A stretch of DNA of 57,876 nt, the filler included, from Dugesia japonica (taxonomy: Eukaryota): the NCBI GenBank assembly GCA_001938525.1. It is 4 parts of 4 records of this genome, joined end to end, with 100 filler letters (N's around TTAATTAATTAA, not from the genome) between each part and the next. Parts side by side here need not be neighbours in the genome. Positions count along the whole stretch, not along the records: positions 1 to 20,928 come from MQRL01595021.1; positions 21,029 to 39,061 come from MQRL01598026.1; 2 more parts are not named here. One strand, given 5' to 3'. How positions within the stretch are numbered: position 1 is the stretch's first letter; every line of letters begins with the position of its first letter. The position numbers and the translations under genes were made by a program. Positions 19,859-33,122 of the stretch are shown here, in pieces. A model generated the notes under the pieces. The model ran no database searches, was not told where the DNA came from, and was given only the letters and a program-made list of their open reading frames with translations.

Positions 19859-19859
19859 T

Positions 19860-20834
19860 TTACATAATAAAAATATCGAGAATATAAATATCTTTTGGTA
19901 AAGTTATTTCTACAAAGTTTATATTTTCATAAAAATCATGAAACAGTTGTATTTTAAATTTTTTATTAGTAACATTCTCAATATATTCTTTTATTTCATT
20001 ATTAAATTTAATGTAATATTTAAAACTTTTCTGAGAATAACCATCTATAAAAATTACTGGGCCTTTTTTTCTTGTAGTATATAACTTTAAACCAATAATA
20101 AAAGGTTCTTCAAGATAAAAATGTGTTTTACCATTTAAATCAATAATTTTTATTTTTCTTTTGAAATCTATTCTTTCTACTTTATCATTAATTACACAAC
20201 AAGGAAGATCCATAAAGGAAGGAAGACTTTTTCCACAATACATATGAAGATAGAATAATACGCCAGTGGTTTTTTCTTCTTTAACAGGTAAGGAATTATC
20301 AATTAATTCTTTTAAACTTTTAAGTGTTGATTCATCACCGTTTTCAGAATAAGTTTTCATTAAAACATCAATTCTTTTAATTTGAATATTATGTAGATGT
20401 GATTTTATTTTTTCATATTCTTTATTTAATTCATCTGGAATTTTAAATGTTTGTAATTTAATATTTAAACTCTTTAAATGAATTTCTTTTGGTAAATTTA
20501 TTTCAATATAATTTATTGTTTCAACTCTAGCGATTTTACTGCTTAGTCTATAAATGTAAAAATCTTTATTTCCAGATGGAACATATAAAATTNAAACAGC
20601 AATATTATTTATTTTAATGACATATGTAAATTTTAAAATTTCACATTTGCCATCTATAGTTATAATAAGTTTTCTTTTAATATTTACATGTAAAATAATC
20701 TGTTTGCGGTTTTGTTTAAAATCAAAATTATTTACATATTCTTTCATAAAAGTAAATTCTTGATTAGAATTAATTGAAAATATTATTTCATTATCAATGA
20801 GGGTTTTATTATAAAATAAATAATTATCAAACAT
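19860..20834 (-). CDS. Polinton hypothetical beta-rich protein with an internal duplicated domain
   Basis: FTYVIKINN...INYIEINLPKEIHL vs FKYYIKFNN...INFVEITLPKDIYI; the ORF ends 1 nt before the next ATG. Confidence 0.65.
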   Translation of the reverse strand: MFDNYLFYNKTLIDNEIIFSINSNQEFTFMKEYVNNFDFKQNRKQIILHVNIKRKLIITIDGKCEILKFTYVIKINNIAVXILYVPSGNKDFYIYRLSSKIARVETINYIEINLPKEIHLKSLNIKLQTFKIPDELNKEYEKIKSHLHNIQIKRIDVLMKTYSENGDESTLKSLKELIDNSLPVKEEKTTGVLFYLHMYCGKSLPSFMDLPCCVINDKVERIDFKRKIKIIDLNGKTHFYLEEPFIIGLKLYTTRKKGPVIFIDGYSQKSFKYYIKFNNEIKEYIENVTNKKFKIQLFHDFYENINFVEITLPKDIYILDIFIM

Positions 20835-20928
20835 TTCTCTTAAAGGTTTTAATTTTACATCTGAAAGTTTTTCTTTATAATTTTTAAATAAAAGATTAAA
20901 CTTATCAACATGTTTTATGTGAAGTTTA

Positions 20929-21028
20929 NNNNNNNNNNNNNNNNNNNNNNNNNNNNNNNNNNNNNNNNNNNNTTAATTAATTAANNNNNNNNNNNNNNNN
21001 NNNNNNNNNNNNNNNNNNNNNNNNNNNN
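20929..21028. other. Artificial contig linker
   Basis: N44-TTAATTAATTAA-N44, stops in all six frames; identical at 39062 and 48956. Confidence 0.95.
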
Positions 21029-21692
21029 GTATTTTTGCAATTATTTCAGTTGAATTTTATAATTTAAAAAATATTCAAATCCAACCATTCCTCCTCCCTC
21101 GCCACAACATACGCATTATATGGATAATTCATATTTGATTATCATAATCCACTGTTACCATAATAAAATTATAGCATTTTATTTATTCGTGAAATTTTAA
21201 GAATTTGTAAACAAATCAACCACTTGGTTTTGTGCTTCTTTTTAATTTACTTTTCTATTTTTATTAATTTTTTATCCAAAATTATTTTATTTCAATATTT
21301 TTCAGACAATCAAAAACGAAAAAATATTTGCTTTATGGAAAGGTTTTATTCCATCTTGGTATCGAATAGGACCTTGGAATATTATTTTTTTCTTAACTTA
21401 TGAACAAATTAAAAAATCCAGTCACATTTAAAAGCAATTAATTATTAACCGGTTTGTTGTATTATCCTGAGTCTTTGAGATCTGTGTAACCTACTGTTTT
21501 GTGAGCGATATAGATGATGTTTATTTTATTTGTTACCGTATTAAATTTATTTTGCTAACAGTTTCGTTTTTTATTATTTTTTTTTTTTCAAAATATCTTT
21601 TTGTCTACAAATACTGAAATACATATCAAGAATCGATTAATCGTAACAATACCAATCACACTAAAATGATCAATATAAAAAGTTTTAAATCT

Positions 21693-24600
21693 TTATGAAT
21701 TCTGAACTTGATGAATCTTTCTTTCTATTTGCTGGAGAAATTTCTCGGAGATTCCTGCATTTCTAAATTTCATAAAACAGTTTAGTAAAAAAATCCATAA
21801 GTTTATAGATTTACCTCAATTCTTCGAGTTTTCTAGCTTTCGCCTCTTCAAGTCGCATTCTTCTGAGACGTTTTTCTTCCTCGATTTTTTCACCTTCTTT
21901 GAAGAATGCATTTCGTTCTGCGATTTTGGTTTCTTCATTTTTTCTTATTTGATTTCGTATTTCTCGAGAATAATCGGATTTTCTAGATTTTTCTATTTCT
22001 TCCGTTTGTTTTTCACGTTCCATTAATTCTCGTTGTGCCCTGAAACAAACTAGTTAAAATAAATAATAAATATTAACTAAATTGCCTTATTGTTCGTTCG
22101 AATTCTGCCCGATCTCTCGCAGCTTGAATTGCTAAGAAATGTTCTTTCATTTCTGCTTGTTCGGCTCTGGCTTTCATCAAATCATTTTCCACTTCTTTTT
22201 TCTTAATTTCATGCTCTATTTCTTTTCTTCTCCATTCTCTTTCTGCTTCTTCCTAAAATATAAATAAATTTATTGCAAAAAAATGGAAAATTTCAACCAT
22301 CGCTCTTCTTGCTCGAAGCTCATCCCTTTCAGCTTGTTCATCTCGTGCTCTTTCTTGAAGTGCTCTGAGGCGTGCAACTTCTCGTTCTTTCTCTGCTTTA
22401 ACTCTCATAGCTTCAGCTTCGAATTCTGCTTCTCGCATTGCCTTTTCTTTCTGTATTTCAAGCACTCTAAGATCCAATAATTGTTCAAGTTCCTTTTCTC
22501 TTATTTTTCTTTCAAGCATTTCTTCATTGGATTTATTCAATTCGAATCTCAATTTTTCTTGGTTTTCTCTAATTTTAGAACGTTTTAATAATTCCTCTTC
22601 CATTAACACTGCAATTCTGTCTCTTTCAAGTTTATTTTCTTGATCTTTTCTTTCCAATTCAATCAATCTTTCTTGTTCATTTTGTTCAATTTGTTGTATT
22701 ATTGACGATGCTGCCATAAGTTCCTGAATAAATCAATATTAATCAAGGAAATCCGGATTTCATTTTTAAAAGCTAATATAATTAATAATTACACAAGTAA
22801 AATAACGATTAATACCTCTTCTCTGCGTCTAATCTCAATTTCCTCTTGCATTTTTATAGCATTTATCCTTTCGATTTCCATCATTTTATCCAATCTTTGG
22901 TCTTCTTCCACATTTTCTTTTTTAATAATTTCCTTTTCCAAAATTTGTGCATCGCGTATTGCTTGTATTTTTGCATTCAGAATTAATTCGTTTAATTTTT
23001 TTATTTCGTCTTCCTGTTCCTGTCTTTGTTCCATTGCTTTTTTAAGCAAAGTTTGGGCTTTTTGATACGCTTCTTCTTCCAAATCTGTCATTTTATCATT
23101 TTTTTGCCTCATAATATCATGTCTTTTCATTTCTTGTCTTCTACCTTGTGATGCCATCTAAAATATGTGAAAAATCAAATATTTAAGACAATAATTGTTT
23201 ACAAGTTTTTCAGAATAGCAAATTAACAGTTATTAAAACCTTGAATAATATTAAATAACAACTAATACACTGATTTATATTCAAAGTTTTATATTCACTA
23301 AATAAATACATGATACAAAAATATAACAAAAAAAAGTAATATCTTTGGACGTAAAACATGATATTTTGCAACGGTTTCAAGGGGTGGAGAAAGCGTTAAG
23401 CATTTCTAAAACTCTTGATTTAGCTCCAACAACAGTAAGAACTATATGAAACCGCGATGTAATATATATCAAAACATTATATGAAGCATCAACGGATTCT
23501 CAATTAAAAACTACTGTTATAAACAAAAATGCATTAATAGTTAAAATGGAATCGTTACTTGAAGATCAAAATCAAATAAATATGCCACTGGGTAAAATGG
23601 TTATACAAACTAAAGCTAAATATATCTACGATAACCTACAAGAAAAACTTCCAATGTTGAATAAAGCTATTTATGAACAATTCTTTATTTGTGGATTGGA
23701 TGAAAAATGCGCCATTCCTGAGTTAAAACACTATTGGGAACAGGAAAATTTGATTTTTAAAATATCGGTAGTGATGGATAATGCACCAAGATACCAATCA
23801 TATAGAGATGACCTATTAGATAATGTCAAATTTTTAGTTATGCCTCCAAACACAACTTTATTAATTCAACCAATGTATCAAGTAGTAATCTTAAACTTTA
23901 AATTTTATTCGACGGACTTTTAAACAGCTATTACTAAGCTACCGATGTGGATAAATAAACAACTATGGCACAATTTTGGAAAAACTACAATGCATTGAAA
24001 GCAAGATACAATATTGATCCATAAGAAAATTCTAAGAATGTTGGAAAAGGAGAAAAGAATGAGAAGCTTTTAAAGTTTCTAAGGTGGTTGGTTAACAACC
24101 AGCTAAGTTGTACGATCTTCCTAAAGTATGTAAGAGTAATATTCCTATAAGACCTGTGTTATATATAATTCACATAGGCCAGTCTTAAGTTTTTAGACAA
24201 GAAAATTAAACCTTTGGTTGACTCCAAATTAATTTAATGGGCGAAATGCTACATATATTAGAGAGACTTCCCGCCATCTCTGTACAAGAATTCAAGAGCA
24301 TATCGAGTTGGTAGTGGAAGTAATATTGCTATACATAATATTAATTGTAAATCCGTTATTAGTATAAATAATTTTAAAATTTTGTGCAGGAACCTTAAAG
24401 ATTATTGGGAAATCTTTGTTGATGTTTTTAATTAATTTGATTGATTGAAGAGTTTGCTTAATTGATTACATAATTAGAACTTTTAAAAGGATTAAATATT
24501 GTATCAGAAGATGACAAATATTCTGCCGAAACATGTTGTACAAAAATATACATTTTTAGCGTTTAAGAGTTATTATTTAATAAAACATTCAATAATTTAA

Positions 24601-27600
24601 TTACCAATTGAATGAAAATATTTGACGAATTTTAAAAATATATNNNNNNNNNNNNNNNNNNNNNNNNNNNNNNNNNNNAAATTATTATTATTTATCATCC
24701 AATCAGTTAATATTCTAGCAAATGTATACCACAGAAGAAAAATAAATACAAATCACAAACATCATAAATTAAAACGCCGAGCAAAGAATAATTTAAAAAA
24801 TACTTATCAATAAATCCAATTTAATAAATACTTAATATATGGATATTACAAAAAAAATAAAAATGAAAACAGGCAAATCTAAAAAAGTTTAGATTCGTAC
24901 AGAGCAACCTTTTAAATCATATCTTTAAATTGTGATAATTATTGTCAAGGGTGAAATTTCATTAATAAATTTAATCATAAATTTATCAACAATACATCCG
25001 CATTTTTATAGAAATTTTATCCTCTTAATAGCTTATCAATCATAAAATGTCTGACTAATTGAACCAAGCAATCCGCGGCCACCACCACTTTTTAATCAAA
25101 ATATCTTTTCAAAATGATATCCCCTCCTACCCTCAACAGTTTATGGAATGGATCTCAAACAAAATGTATATTAATCCGTCAAAAACGTTAATCAATCATC
25201 AGTAATCATAATTTATATTGAATTAATTAATCTAATTATTATCACATGCTGCTTAGTGATAGGTTACAGTACAGATAAACGAGACAATTGTCTTGAACCA
25301 CGGATAGCAAAAATCCAACAAACAACAAATATATACTTATTATTTTAATTCTGTTTATTTAACACACGAATAGTTTTAATTATAAACGTTTTTTTAATAT
25401 TAGTATCACTCACGAGGTACGAATTCGAATCATTAAACATCCATTTGTACCTAATTAGCTATTTTATTTTTTGTGAATAAACACTACTTATTACTAATGT
25501 TACTGTTAAATAAAATATTTTCACTTTGTTTACTAAATGTTACTCAACCAAACTCGTACACTAGTTAGAAATGTAAAGTGACTCTTATTTTACACGGGAA
25601 AAAATTAAGCTCATATGTATTATTTGTATAAGAAACATGTTAATATATCATTGGCTTCTTTATCATACTTATCACTTAAATATGAAGAATTAAACACAAA
25701 GAGGTTAAACAAATAAATTGAATCTTAGCCAAAATCGTACATGAAATGCATTTTGTACCGGGACCTCATTTTTATCAAGTAACCATTGAATGTTTTATTT
25801 GATATGTAATGTCATTTGAGTTGTCAACATTGTTTAAGTTGGTTATTTAAGGTAAATTGTCAAAATATTATTACTTAAAATGAAACAAACAGCGATAGGA
25901 AAAAAAATAATAAATAATTTCGAAAATTGTAGGAAATCATATCGAGAAAGTGCAAAATTAGTTATTAGAAACTTTAGTGCAGTACAATACATTATAAAAC
26001 ATTATACAGCCGGATATCAAATTTTACATAAACCTTAAAAAGGCTCATAATAAAAAATAAACAGTTCACCATGAACTGTAGATTTTAAGAAAAATTCAAA
26101 AATAACTTCCATGATAGCGAAGAAATAAGTATTAGAATAAATAATAAAGTAAGCCCCAAATCATTTAAGAGGAATTCTGTATAAAAGTCATTTTTATGGA
26201 CGAGTAGTAAGAAACGAACCTTTTGATAATGAAGGAAATTGAATATTACAAATAGAATTAAAATGTCGAATGTCAATGATTTAAATAAATAATTTAAAAT
26301 ATTATAAAATATGAATTTTTTTGGTAATATTAACAATTTTTTAATCAATAATTTTATTACTTATGTGGTCCACGAACCATAGGTTAAGAATTTAGGCAAT
26401 GAAAAATCTTTCAACATTTGTAAAAGCATATTATGATGCAAACAACGCTTGATAAAACAAACTTACTTCCCGATAAATATTCCTACGGATCACATAATTA
26501 TCCTAATTTTCAGTCTTCTTTCACTCTTCCAATTCAGTCTAACTAATTGTATATTTTTTGTAAAATTAAAAGCATTTCAAGAAGAAAAATTTAGAACATA
26601 AGATAGTCATAATTCCATCAATGACTAAATATTCATTTACATATTTTTAACAATAACTTAATCAATTAATTAATTAATCAATAAAAATAATAATTTTACA
26701 GGTTAGTTTTATTTGTATTGAGTAAACCACTAAATATAACTGAAAATTTAGAATAATCAATCATGAAATTGATTTATTACTGCTCAATAATTCGTTAAAT
26801 TTTATAATAGATTTCTCACAGTTAAATAATTAATCACTCAATCAATAAAAAATTAGTAAATCATTGTAATTTGAAATGACAAATAAACAATAGCTAAATG
26901 TTATTCTCGACAGATTTAATGAAGAAATTATTATGAATAAATGAAGCAATTTATTTTAGAAATTTATTTTATCTGATAAAATATTAATTAATTAATGGAA
27001 TATTATTTAGATAATTAAATATTAATTAATTATTGGAATATTAATTAATTATTTGAATAATAATTAATTTTTGGAATATTAATTAATTATTGGAATATTA
27101 ATTAAGTAATTGAATATTAATTAATTTATGGAATATTATTTAGATAATTAAATATTAATTAATTATTGGAATATTAATTAAGTAATTGAATATTAATTAA
27201 TTATTGGAATATTAATTAAATAATTGAATATTAACTAATTAATTAATTAAATATTAATAATTAATGGAATATTNNNNNATTAATGGAATATTAATAAATT
27301 AAAAGAAATTAATTATTTAATGTAATATTAATACAATATTAGTTAATTAATGTATTAACAATTAATTAATTAAATATTAATAATGTAATGAAATATTAAT
27401 TAATAAATTGATATTAATAATTAATTAATGTAATAATAACGGTCAATTTGTAAAGAGAAAGCATTTATGTTAAAATGTTTTACCGATTTATACAACGATA
27501 AATTCTCATTTATTTATTTATTAATTATTGAGTAAAAATAAATCATCATTATTGATTTTTAAAATTAGTTTAATATTGAATAATATTGAGTAATTTTCAA

Positions 27601-28346
27601 TTAGTATTTTAAACAGAATTGTTAGAGCATCTTTTAGTTTGTAATTTTGAAAACATTTTGACAATAATTAATAAATCTAAATTTTTGTTAATTTTTTAAT
27701 TTANTTTTAATTAAAAAAATAAATATAAAATAAAATTATTTCCAACCATTTCTTCGTTTTTCAGATTTTTCAGATTTTCATCTCTTTTTAATTTTTCCTC
27801 TGATGTTATAATTCTGGCTCGATTTCTCAATTTATTGTATGCATCACCATCAAGAACCATCGATTTTAAGGAGGGATCTTCTCTAGGAACTCTGAAATTT
27901 CTATGTAATAGACTTAATAACTGAGATCCATTTTACCTCAGATTTCGAACCATATCTTTAGTAATTATACGAACGGTTTCTTCTTTTTCCTGAATAAAAT
28001 TATCAATCTTTTTTCTATTTCCTCCATAACTAATTGTCATTTCTGGCTCATTGGTATTGAGTTCGGCATTTGAATTAGCCTTGAGAAAAAATAACAATTT
28101 GATAAGATTTGATAATTCACTTAAATTACACAAACTTTTCTTAACTTTATATAATTTGGTTCACCAAATAGATTTTCATCAACATGTGAAATTCTGCTCA
28201 GAGTTTTGTAATTATTACCTTTTGACTTTCGAGATCCAGCGGAACTATGGCTGTTTATTCCTTGACTTTGTGAACTGCAAATACTACCCGCTGACTAAAT
28301 TATAAATTAATTGCTAAAATATAAATAAACAATATTATTTAACCAT
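21693..28346 (-). CDS. CFAP45: Cilia- and flagella-associated protein 45 (CCDC19), multi-exon
   Basis: Exons read NYKTLSRISHVDENLFG, ETVRIITKDMVRNLRVP, EQEDEIKKLNELILNAKIQAIRDAQILEK, EKEREVARLRALQERARDEQAERDELRARR; GT-AG introns, one of ~4.6 kb (23158-27746). Confidence 0.92.
23320..24020 (+). mobile_element. Degenerate pogo/Tigger transposase relic in CFAP45 intron
   Basis: HTH (ISKTLDLAPTTVRTI) and DDE motifs VVMDNAP, MPPNTTLLIQPMYQ. Confidence 0.8.
24060..24600 (+). mobile_element. Penelope-like retroelement fragment (RT N-terminal motif plus terminal repeat)
   Basis: QPAKLYDLPKVCKSNIPIRPVL resembles the PLE motif LYGLPKxHK..PxRP; 24318-24590 is homologous to 53177-53540. Confidence 0.75.
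24499..24543 (+). ncRNA. Degenerate minimal type I hammerhead ribozyme
   Basis: TTGTAT CAGAAGA T GAC...GCC GAAA CATG TT GTACAA; U4 mutated and stem II damaged. Confidence 0.6.
26980..27440. repeat. AT-rich minisatellite (GGAATATTAATTAATTATT-like units)
   Basis: Many ~19-bp imperfect copies. Confidence 0.9.
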
Positions 28347-28863
28347 AATTTTAAAAGTATCGTGAATGTATAACTATAGTAATATATTATTGATATATTA
28401 TAACAAATAAATTATTAAAATAAAATAATATGAATTTAGTTGAATTTAAATATAATAATTTAAATAGTTTATATTTAATTAAAATTATTTTACATGCAAA
28501 TATTAATTATTATAAGACTTGGCTTTTTTGAAATAACATAAGGATATTACCATAGATATCAATAAATTTTTAAAATTTTAATTTCCTCAATACAAAAAGA
28601 CAATGAATAAATTTCTCTGTACCCAATAAGAAACAGTGAATATTTTAGTTATTGTTACATTGAAATTACATCAACAGGCTAACATCAGGAAAATTACAAG
28701 AGATTAATGGTTTTCTGAACTAATAGCTTCCATCTTATAACACAAATAGTTAAGTACATGCCATTGTTTAGATTATTAAATTCTACAACAGGTTTCTTAT
28801 TTATCATTTTTAAGTATTTTTATAAATCATATTTGCTATTAGTTTCTAGAATTCTTTTTTCAT

Positions 28864-29531
28864 ATGAAATACTCTTGTAAAGAAATTTTTCGGTATGTTC
28901 TATTAGGATTATTGAGTCATTTTGGAACATTGATTATTATATGTCTTTATCTTGTTGGTGGCGGTTTTCTTTTTATTTTACTTGAATTAGACAACGAAAA
29001 GAGCTCATGTTTCACTTCATATAATTTGCTTATCGATAAATTAAATGATTCAACTTTTCGAGCTATGGCCATCGGTTCCTCCGGTTATAATTCATCAGTT
29101 TTTTATCAACAGATGTATACTATGTTATTAAATTTTTCACAAGATGTATTTACTATTGGATTTTCACCGCTTAAAGATTGCTCGACTTTAGGCCAACCAA
29201 ACAATTTGCCTAATTGGAATTTAGCTAATTCAATCTTTTTTTGCGCAACCATTATCACGACAATTGGTTACATTTTTAAATGTCTTGTTTTATTAATATT
29301 TGTTAAGGTTATGGTAATATAACACCATCTACAACATGGGGAAGAATAGTATGTATCATATATGCTTTCATTGGAATTCCATTAATGTTATTGTTTCTTG
29401 GAAATTTTGGAGACGTTTTGGCTAATGCTTTCAGAAGTGTTTACATAAATTTATGCTGCTGTCGTTGTTTTGTTAAAGATTACTTTAAAAGTAATTTTGA
29501 TTCCAATACAACGGTTATTGAAATTGAAAAT
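28864..29531 (+). CDS. Two-pore-domain (K2P/TWIK/KCNK-like) potassium channel, 5' part only
   Basis: TM1, cap, WNLANSIFFCATIITTIG^YGNITPSTTWGRIVCIIYAFIGIPLML with a 41-nt intron (29267-29307); donor GTAAG at 29532; second pore exon not found. Confidence 0.92.
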
Positions 29532-30327
29532 GTAAGTTTTTTATAAATTTATTTTGTAATTTATTTTTTAAAATTTAATTAAGTATCATATTTTAACGTC
29601 AATTCTTTCGGTTTCTTGTAATTAGTATTCAAGTACCAAAACTTTCTAAATTAAATAGAGGACTGGAATAGGAAAAAAATTTACGCCATTGAAATTTGAA
29701 TATTCTTCTATAGTAATTTCCATGATAACCTATGAACATCTTTATATGATGTATACACGCTGACTAATATATTTTGTATTTCACAAAATTTTAAAATATT
29801 AAGAATTTTGTGGTGCATTGTAACCTCATTCAGGAACGAAACAGTTAAAAAAGATATTTATCAATATTTATAATAGTTAAAAGTAAGTGACTAACGTAAA
29901 GGTAAATTATGCAACGCATGCTATATATACATGTATTATTGCTTTAATATTTGAAGGAGATCTGTAAAAGTATATAGGTTTTAATTTCTATTCAAATTGC
30001 CTTTGTATGACATGGTTATGCCGCAATATCGATGCAATGTGAAATCTAGAAATGATAAATTTAATTAATTTCTAATAATCTAATAAATATTTGCATTTAC
30101 ATGAAAATAAATACTTCAAATTCAACTATATAATTTAAATTAGTATTTCTTAACAACAATCGATTTTTTTACTTTAGAAAAATTTTTCAAATCTAAAAAT
30201 TCATAAATTATTTATTATAATAATTTTACTGGTTGAAAATGACTGAAAATAAATTTAATTAAATTTTTTTTAATATAAAAATATTTAATTCACAAAAATC
30301 AATCGAATGTTGCATTGTTACAGTTCT

Positions 30328-30825
30328 TTAATTTTCACACCATGACGGACAGGACTTTTCTTTACACAAAAATTCCGACAATCGATTAACAAAATCATGA
30401 CAATTATTTTCAAAGTAACTATATTTCCCAAAATGGGCAATATATTGCAAGGCACATCGTTTTAAACATGCTGATGTTAAATTGGTTTCTGATGATTGGG
30501 TAGTGAAAAACGTTTTACATCGGTTAGCCGCAAATGGGGAGGAATTTGAAATTCTTACATAGCCACCTGTAGATGTTCCAATCAACTCTAGATAGGTTCG
30601 ATTGTGATACAACCAACTGTGATATAAGATATTCAAAGACCAAACGTGAGGACAAGAGTTATCATAGTTGTGAACAACTGATTTGACCGAATGATCTTGA
30701 TATTTCTCTCCAAGACACCAACTGGGAAATGTATGGCCAATAACAAATCCTTCAGTATTTTGTGATAATGATTCCGAAATAGAAAAGAAAAATATTCCGA
30801 AAATTATTAATAACATCTTATGCAA
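30328..30825 (-). CDS. Secreted Cys-rich protein with permuted papain-like (PPPDE/LRAT, NlpC/P60) His/Cys motifs
   Basis: Signal-peptide-like N-terminus; HSWL...ELIG and YSYFENNCHDFVNRLSEFLC; intronless intact ORF. Confidence 0.7.
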   Translation of the reverse strand: MHKMLLIIFGIFFFSISESLSQNTEGFVIGHTFPSWCLGEKYQDHSVKSVVHNYDNSCPHVWSLNILYHSWLYHNRTYLELIGTSTGGYVRISNSSPFAANRCKTFFTTQSSETNLTSACLKRCALQYIAHFGKYSYFENNCHDFVNRLSEFLCKEKSCPSWCEN

Positions 30826-32118
30826 TACTTTTAGAAATATTTAATAAACAAAATGTTTTCCGTTGAAAAACAAAGGTCAAGTTTTATTTAATTTGAATTA
30901 ATTAAATGATGGGTGCAATTATTAATCAATAATAAAATCTAAATTTTATTTAAAAATAGTATATTTCATTCATTTTCAAACAAAAGATTTTAATCACAAT
31001 AATCAGAAGGAAAATGTTTCAAGGATTTATTATAAGATTATTATCAAATGAATTTTTTTAAAACAATGTTTTGATATTCATCAAAAAAAATAAATAGAAA
31101 ATGAATATAAGAAACAATAATAAAGTATTTTTACAATTACAACTATTGCAAGAATAATTGTTGGGCTTAACTATTGGTGGAATTTGATATTTCATCAATA
31201 TTAGAAACAGAACATACATGCTCATTCAGAAAAGAGTCCGTCATGATATAAAGTATTTATTTCACAAAAAGTTTCATTAATTTCTAAAATTAAAACTTAA
31301 AAAATTGATTTTGAAAATTTATATAAAATAATTTTATTTTTTCCTTTAATTCGATTACTTAAACATATACTCAACGTATTAAAACCAATCAAAATTTAAT
31401 ATTTTTTTTAAAAATACAAGAAATAAAACAATTAAAAAATTCCGAAAGTTTTATATTCCCTTACAAATATAATTTGTAATCAATTTAAGTATGTTGTTTA
31501 TGTAGACAAAACCTACTAAAAATTCAATTTAAAGGATTTTAATCAACAAAATTCTAAAGGAGTACTCGAATTTCCATGAAATAAACAAATTAATTGGTAG
31601 ACCTACTTCTATACTTATAAAACTCATCAATTAATGCAAAATTATTTATCAAAAAAATTTAATTCAAAGCTATTAATGTTTTCTTTTACAAAACTACTGG
31701 TTAACAATAAAATCAAGCAGTTGTGATTGAAGGAAATGCATTCACAATGTTTAAATTAAAAAAAACTTTTAAAAACGGCAATGGGAAATATTTATAGCGT
31801 TTAAATTCTTTAATTGATTTTCTTATTTAAAATGTTTAAGATAAAGAATAATATTATTTCAAATAATATTATTTTGTAAGTTTTAAATATTTACTTTAAA
31901 TAAATGATTAAATTTTTTGTAAATTTAATTAAATTTATTGAAAGAGAAATTTGAAAGTTAAAAAAAATCAGAGAATGCTTTGAAGAATTTCATGAATAAA
32001 TAAAGTTTTAAGTGAAGATTCTCTTAATAACATTTGCTTTAACTAATATGACAAATATCAACAAGAAGTTAAGAAGAACCCAAAATCAAAATATCTGTTG
32101 TTAACTCTTATAAAAGTA

Positions 32119-32391
32119 CAGTAACTACTCTCTTATCCGCTAAACTCCAATAACCGCCAATTTTATACTATACAACCTCCATTAATATAGAAATTCTCTC
32201 TATATTAATAAACGAAGCACAGAAAAAACGAAAATTTAATATGACTTTGGATAACTGGATAATAAAGAAATAAATTTTTTACTGGATTTTTTAATAAATT
32301 TTATTATTTTTTACTCTAAAAGCCGCCATTTTCTAGAAACCACCACCTTTTTTCACAGCCCCGTTTTTAGCGGATAAGAGAGTAGTTACTG
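32119..32391. mobile_element. 273-bp pogo/Tc1-type MITE
   Basis: Perfect 26-bp TIR CAGTAACTACTCTCTTATCCGCTAAA with TA on both flanks. Confidence 0.93.
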
Positions 32392-32952
32392 TAATTCGGA
32401 TTTGTTAATTGAAAACTGCTTACATTAATGCTTGAGAACAAACTTATAATACNNNNNNNNNNNNNNNNNNNNNNNNNNNNNNNNNNNNNNNNNNNNNNNN
32501 NNNNNNNNNNNNNNNNNNNNNNNNNNNNNNNNNNNNNNNNNNNNNNNNNNNNNNNNNNNNNNNNNNNNNNNNNNNNNNNNNNNNNNNNNNNNNNNNNNNN
32601 NNNNNNATATGATGACACATTATTACTGTTTCGATTTAAAAGTCGAAACATAACTGTGAGATTTGCAAATTTAAAAATAATAAATAGAATTAAATTAAAT
32701 AAAATTAATAATTTAAAATCAAAAGTAATTTTTAGATAATTCCAATGTTCACATTTTATGCATGATTAATCCATTTTTTTTAAAATACCAGAAGATGACA
32801 AAATCCTCACAAGAATGTTTTTTTTCAAGGATTGTAATTGTAGGTATTTTTTAGTAATTTTTTAAAGTACCAGAAGATGAAGTTTTGTATTGTCGTTGTA
32901 GGTAATTTTTTTCAAAAATGTAAATTTGAGAATTATTTTATTTATTATGATA

Positions 32953-33013
32953 ATTTCATTAAAATAAGATAAGGCTTCGATCAAAACGAAGCCTTATCTT
33001 ATTTTAATGAAAT
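32953..33013. repeat. Perfect inverted repeat (27-bp arms, 7-nt loop)
   Basis: ATTTCATTAAAATAAGATAAGGCTTCG-atcaaaa-CGAAGCCTTATCTTATTTTAATGAAAT. Confidence 0.95.
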
Positions 33014-33122
33014 CTCAAATCCGATCAATGGTTAAGTCCAACAATTATTCTCACAATAATTGTAATTATAAAATTATTATGATAAATTCTTTAAATTTAA
33101 GAAATAGAAATTCTAAAATGGT

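Larger units (their letters stand above)
13343..20928. mobile_element. Endogenous Polinton/Maverick (adintovirus-like) virus, partial; truncated at contig end
   Basis: Densely packed intronless ORFs including capsid, rve integrase and packaging ATPase; pPolB, protease and penton not recognised in the window. Confidence 0.93.

Noticed and set aside
20929-21028. TTAATTAATTAA palindrome between N runs (also 39062, 48956) as a biological motif or Polinton boundary
   Set aside because: Identical 100-bp six-frame-stop linker: an artificial contig join, so the Polinton is not demonstrably adjacent to CFAP45
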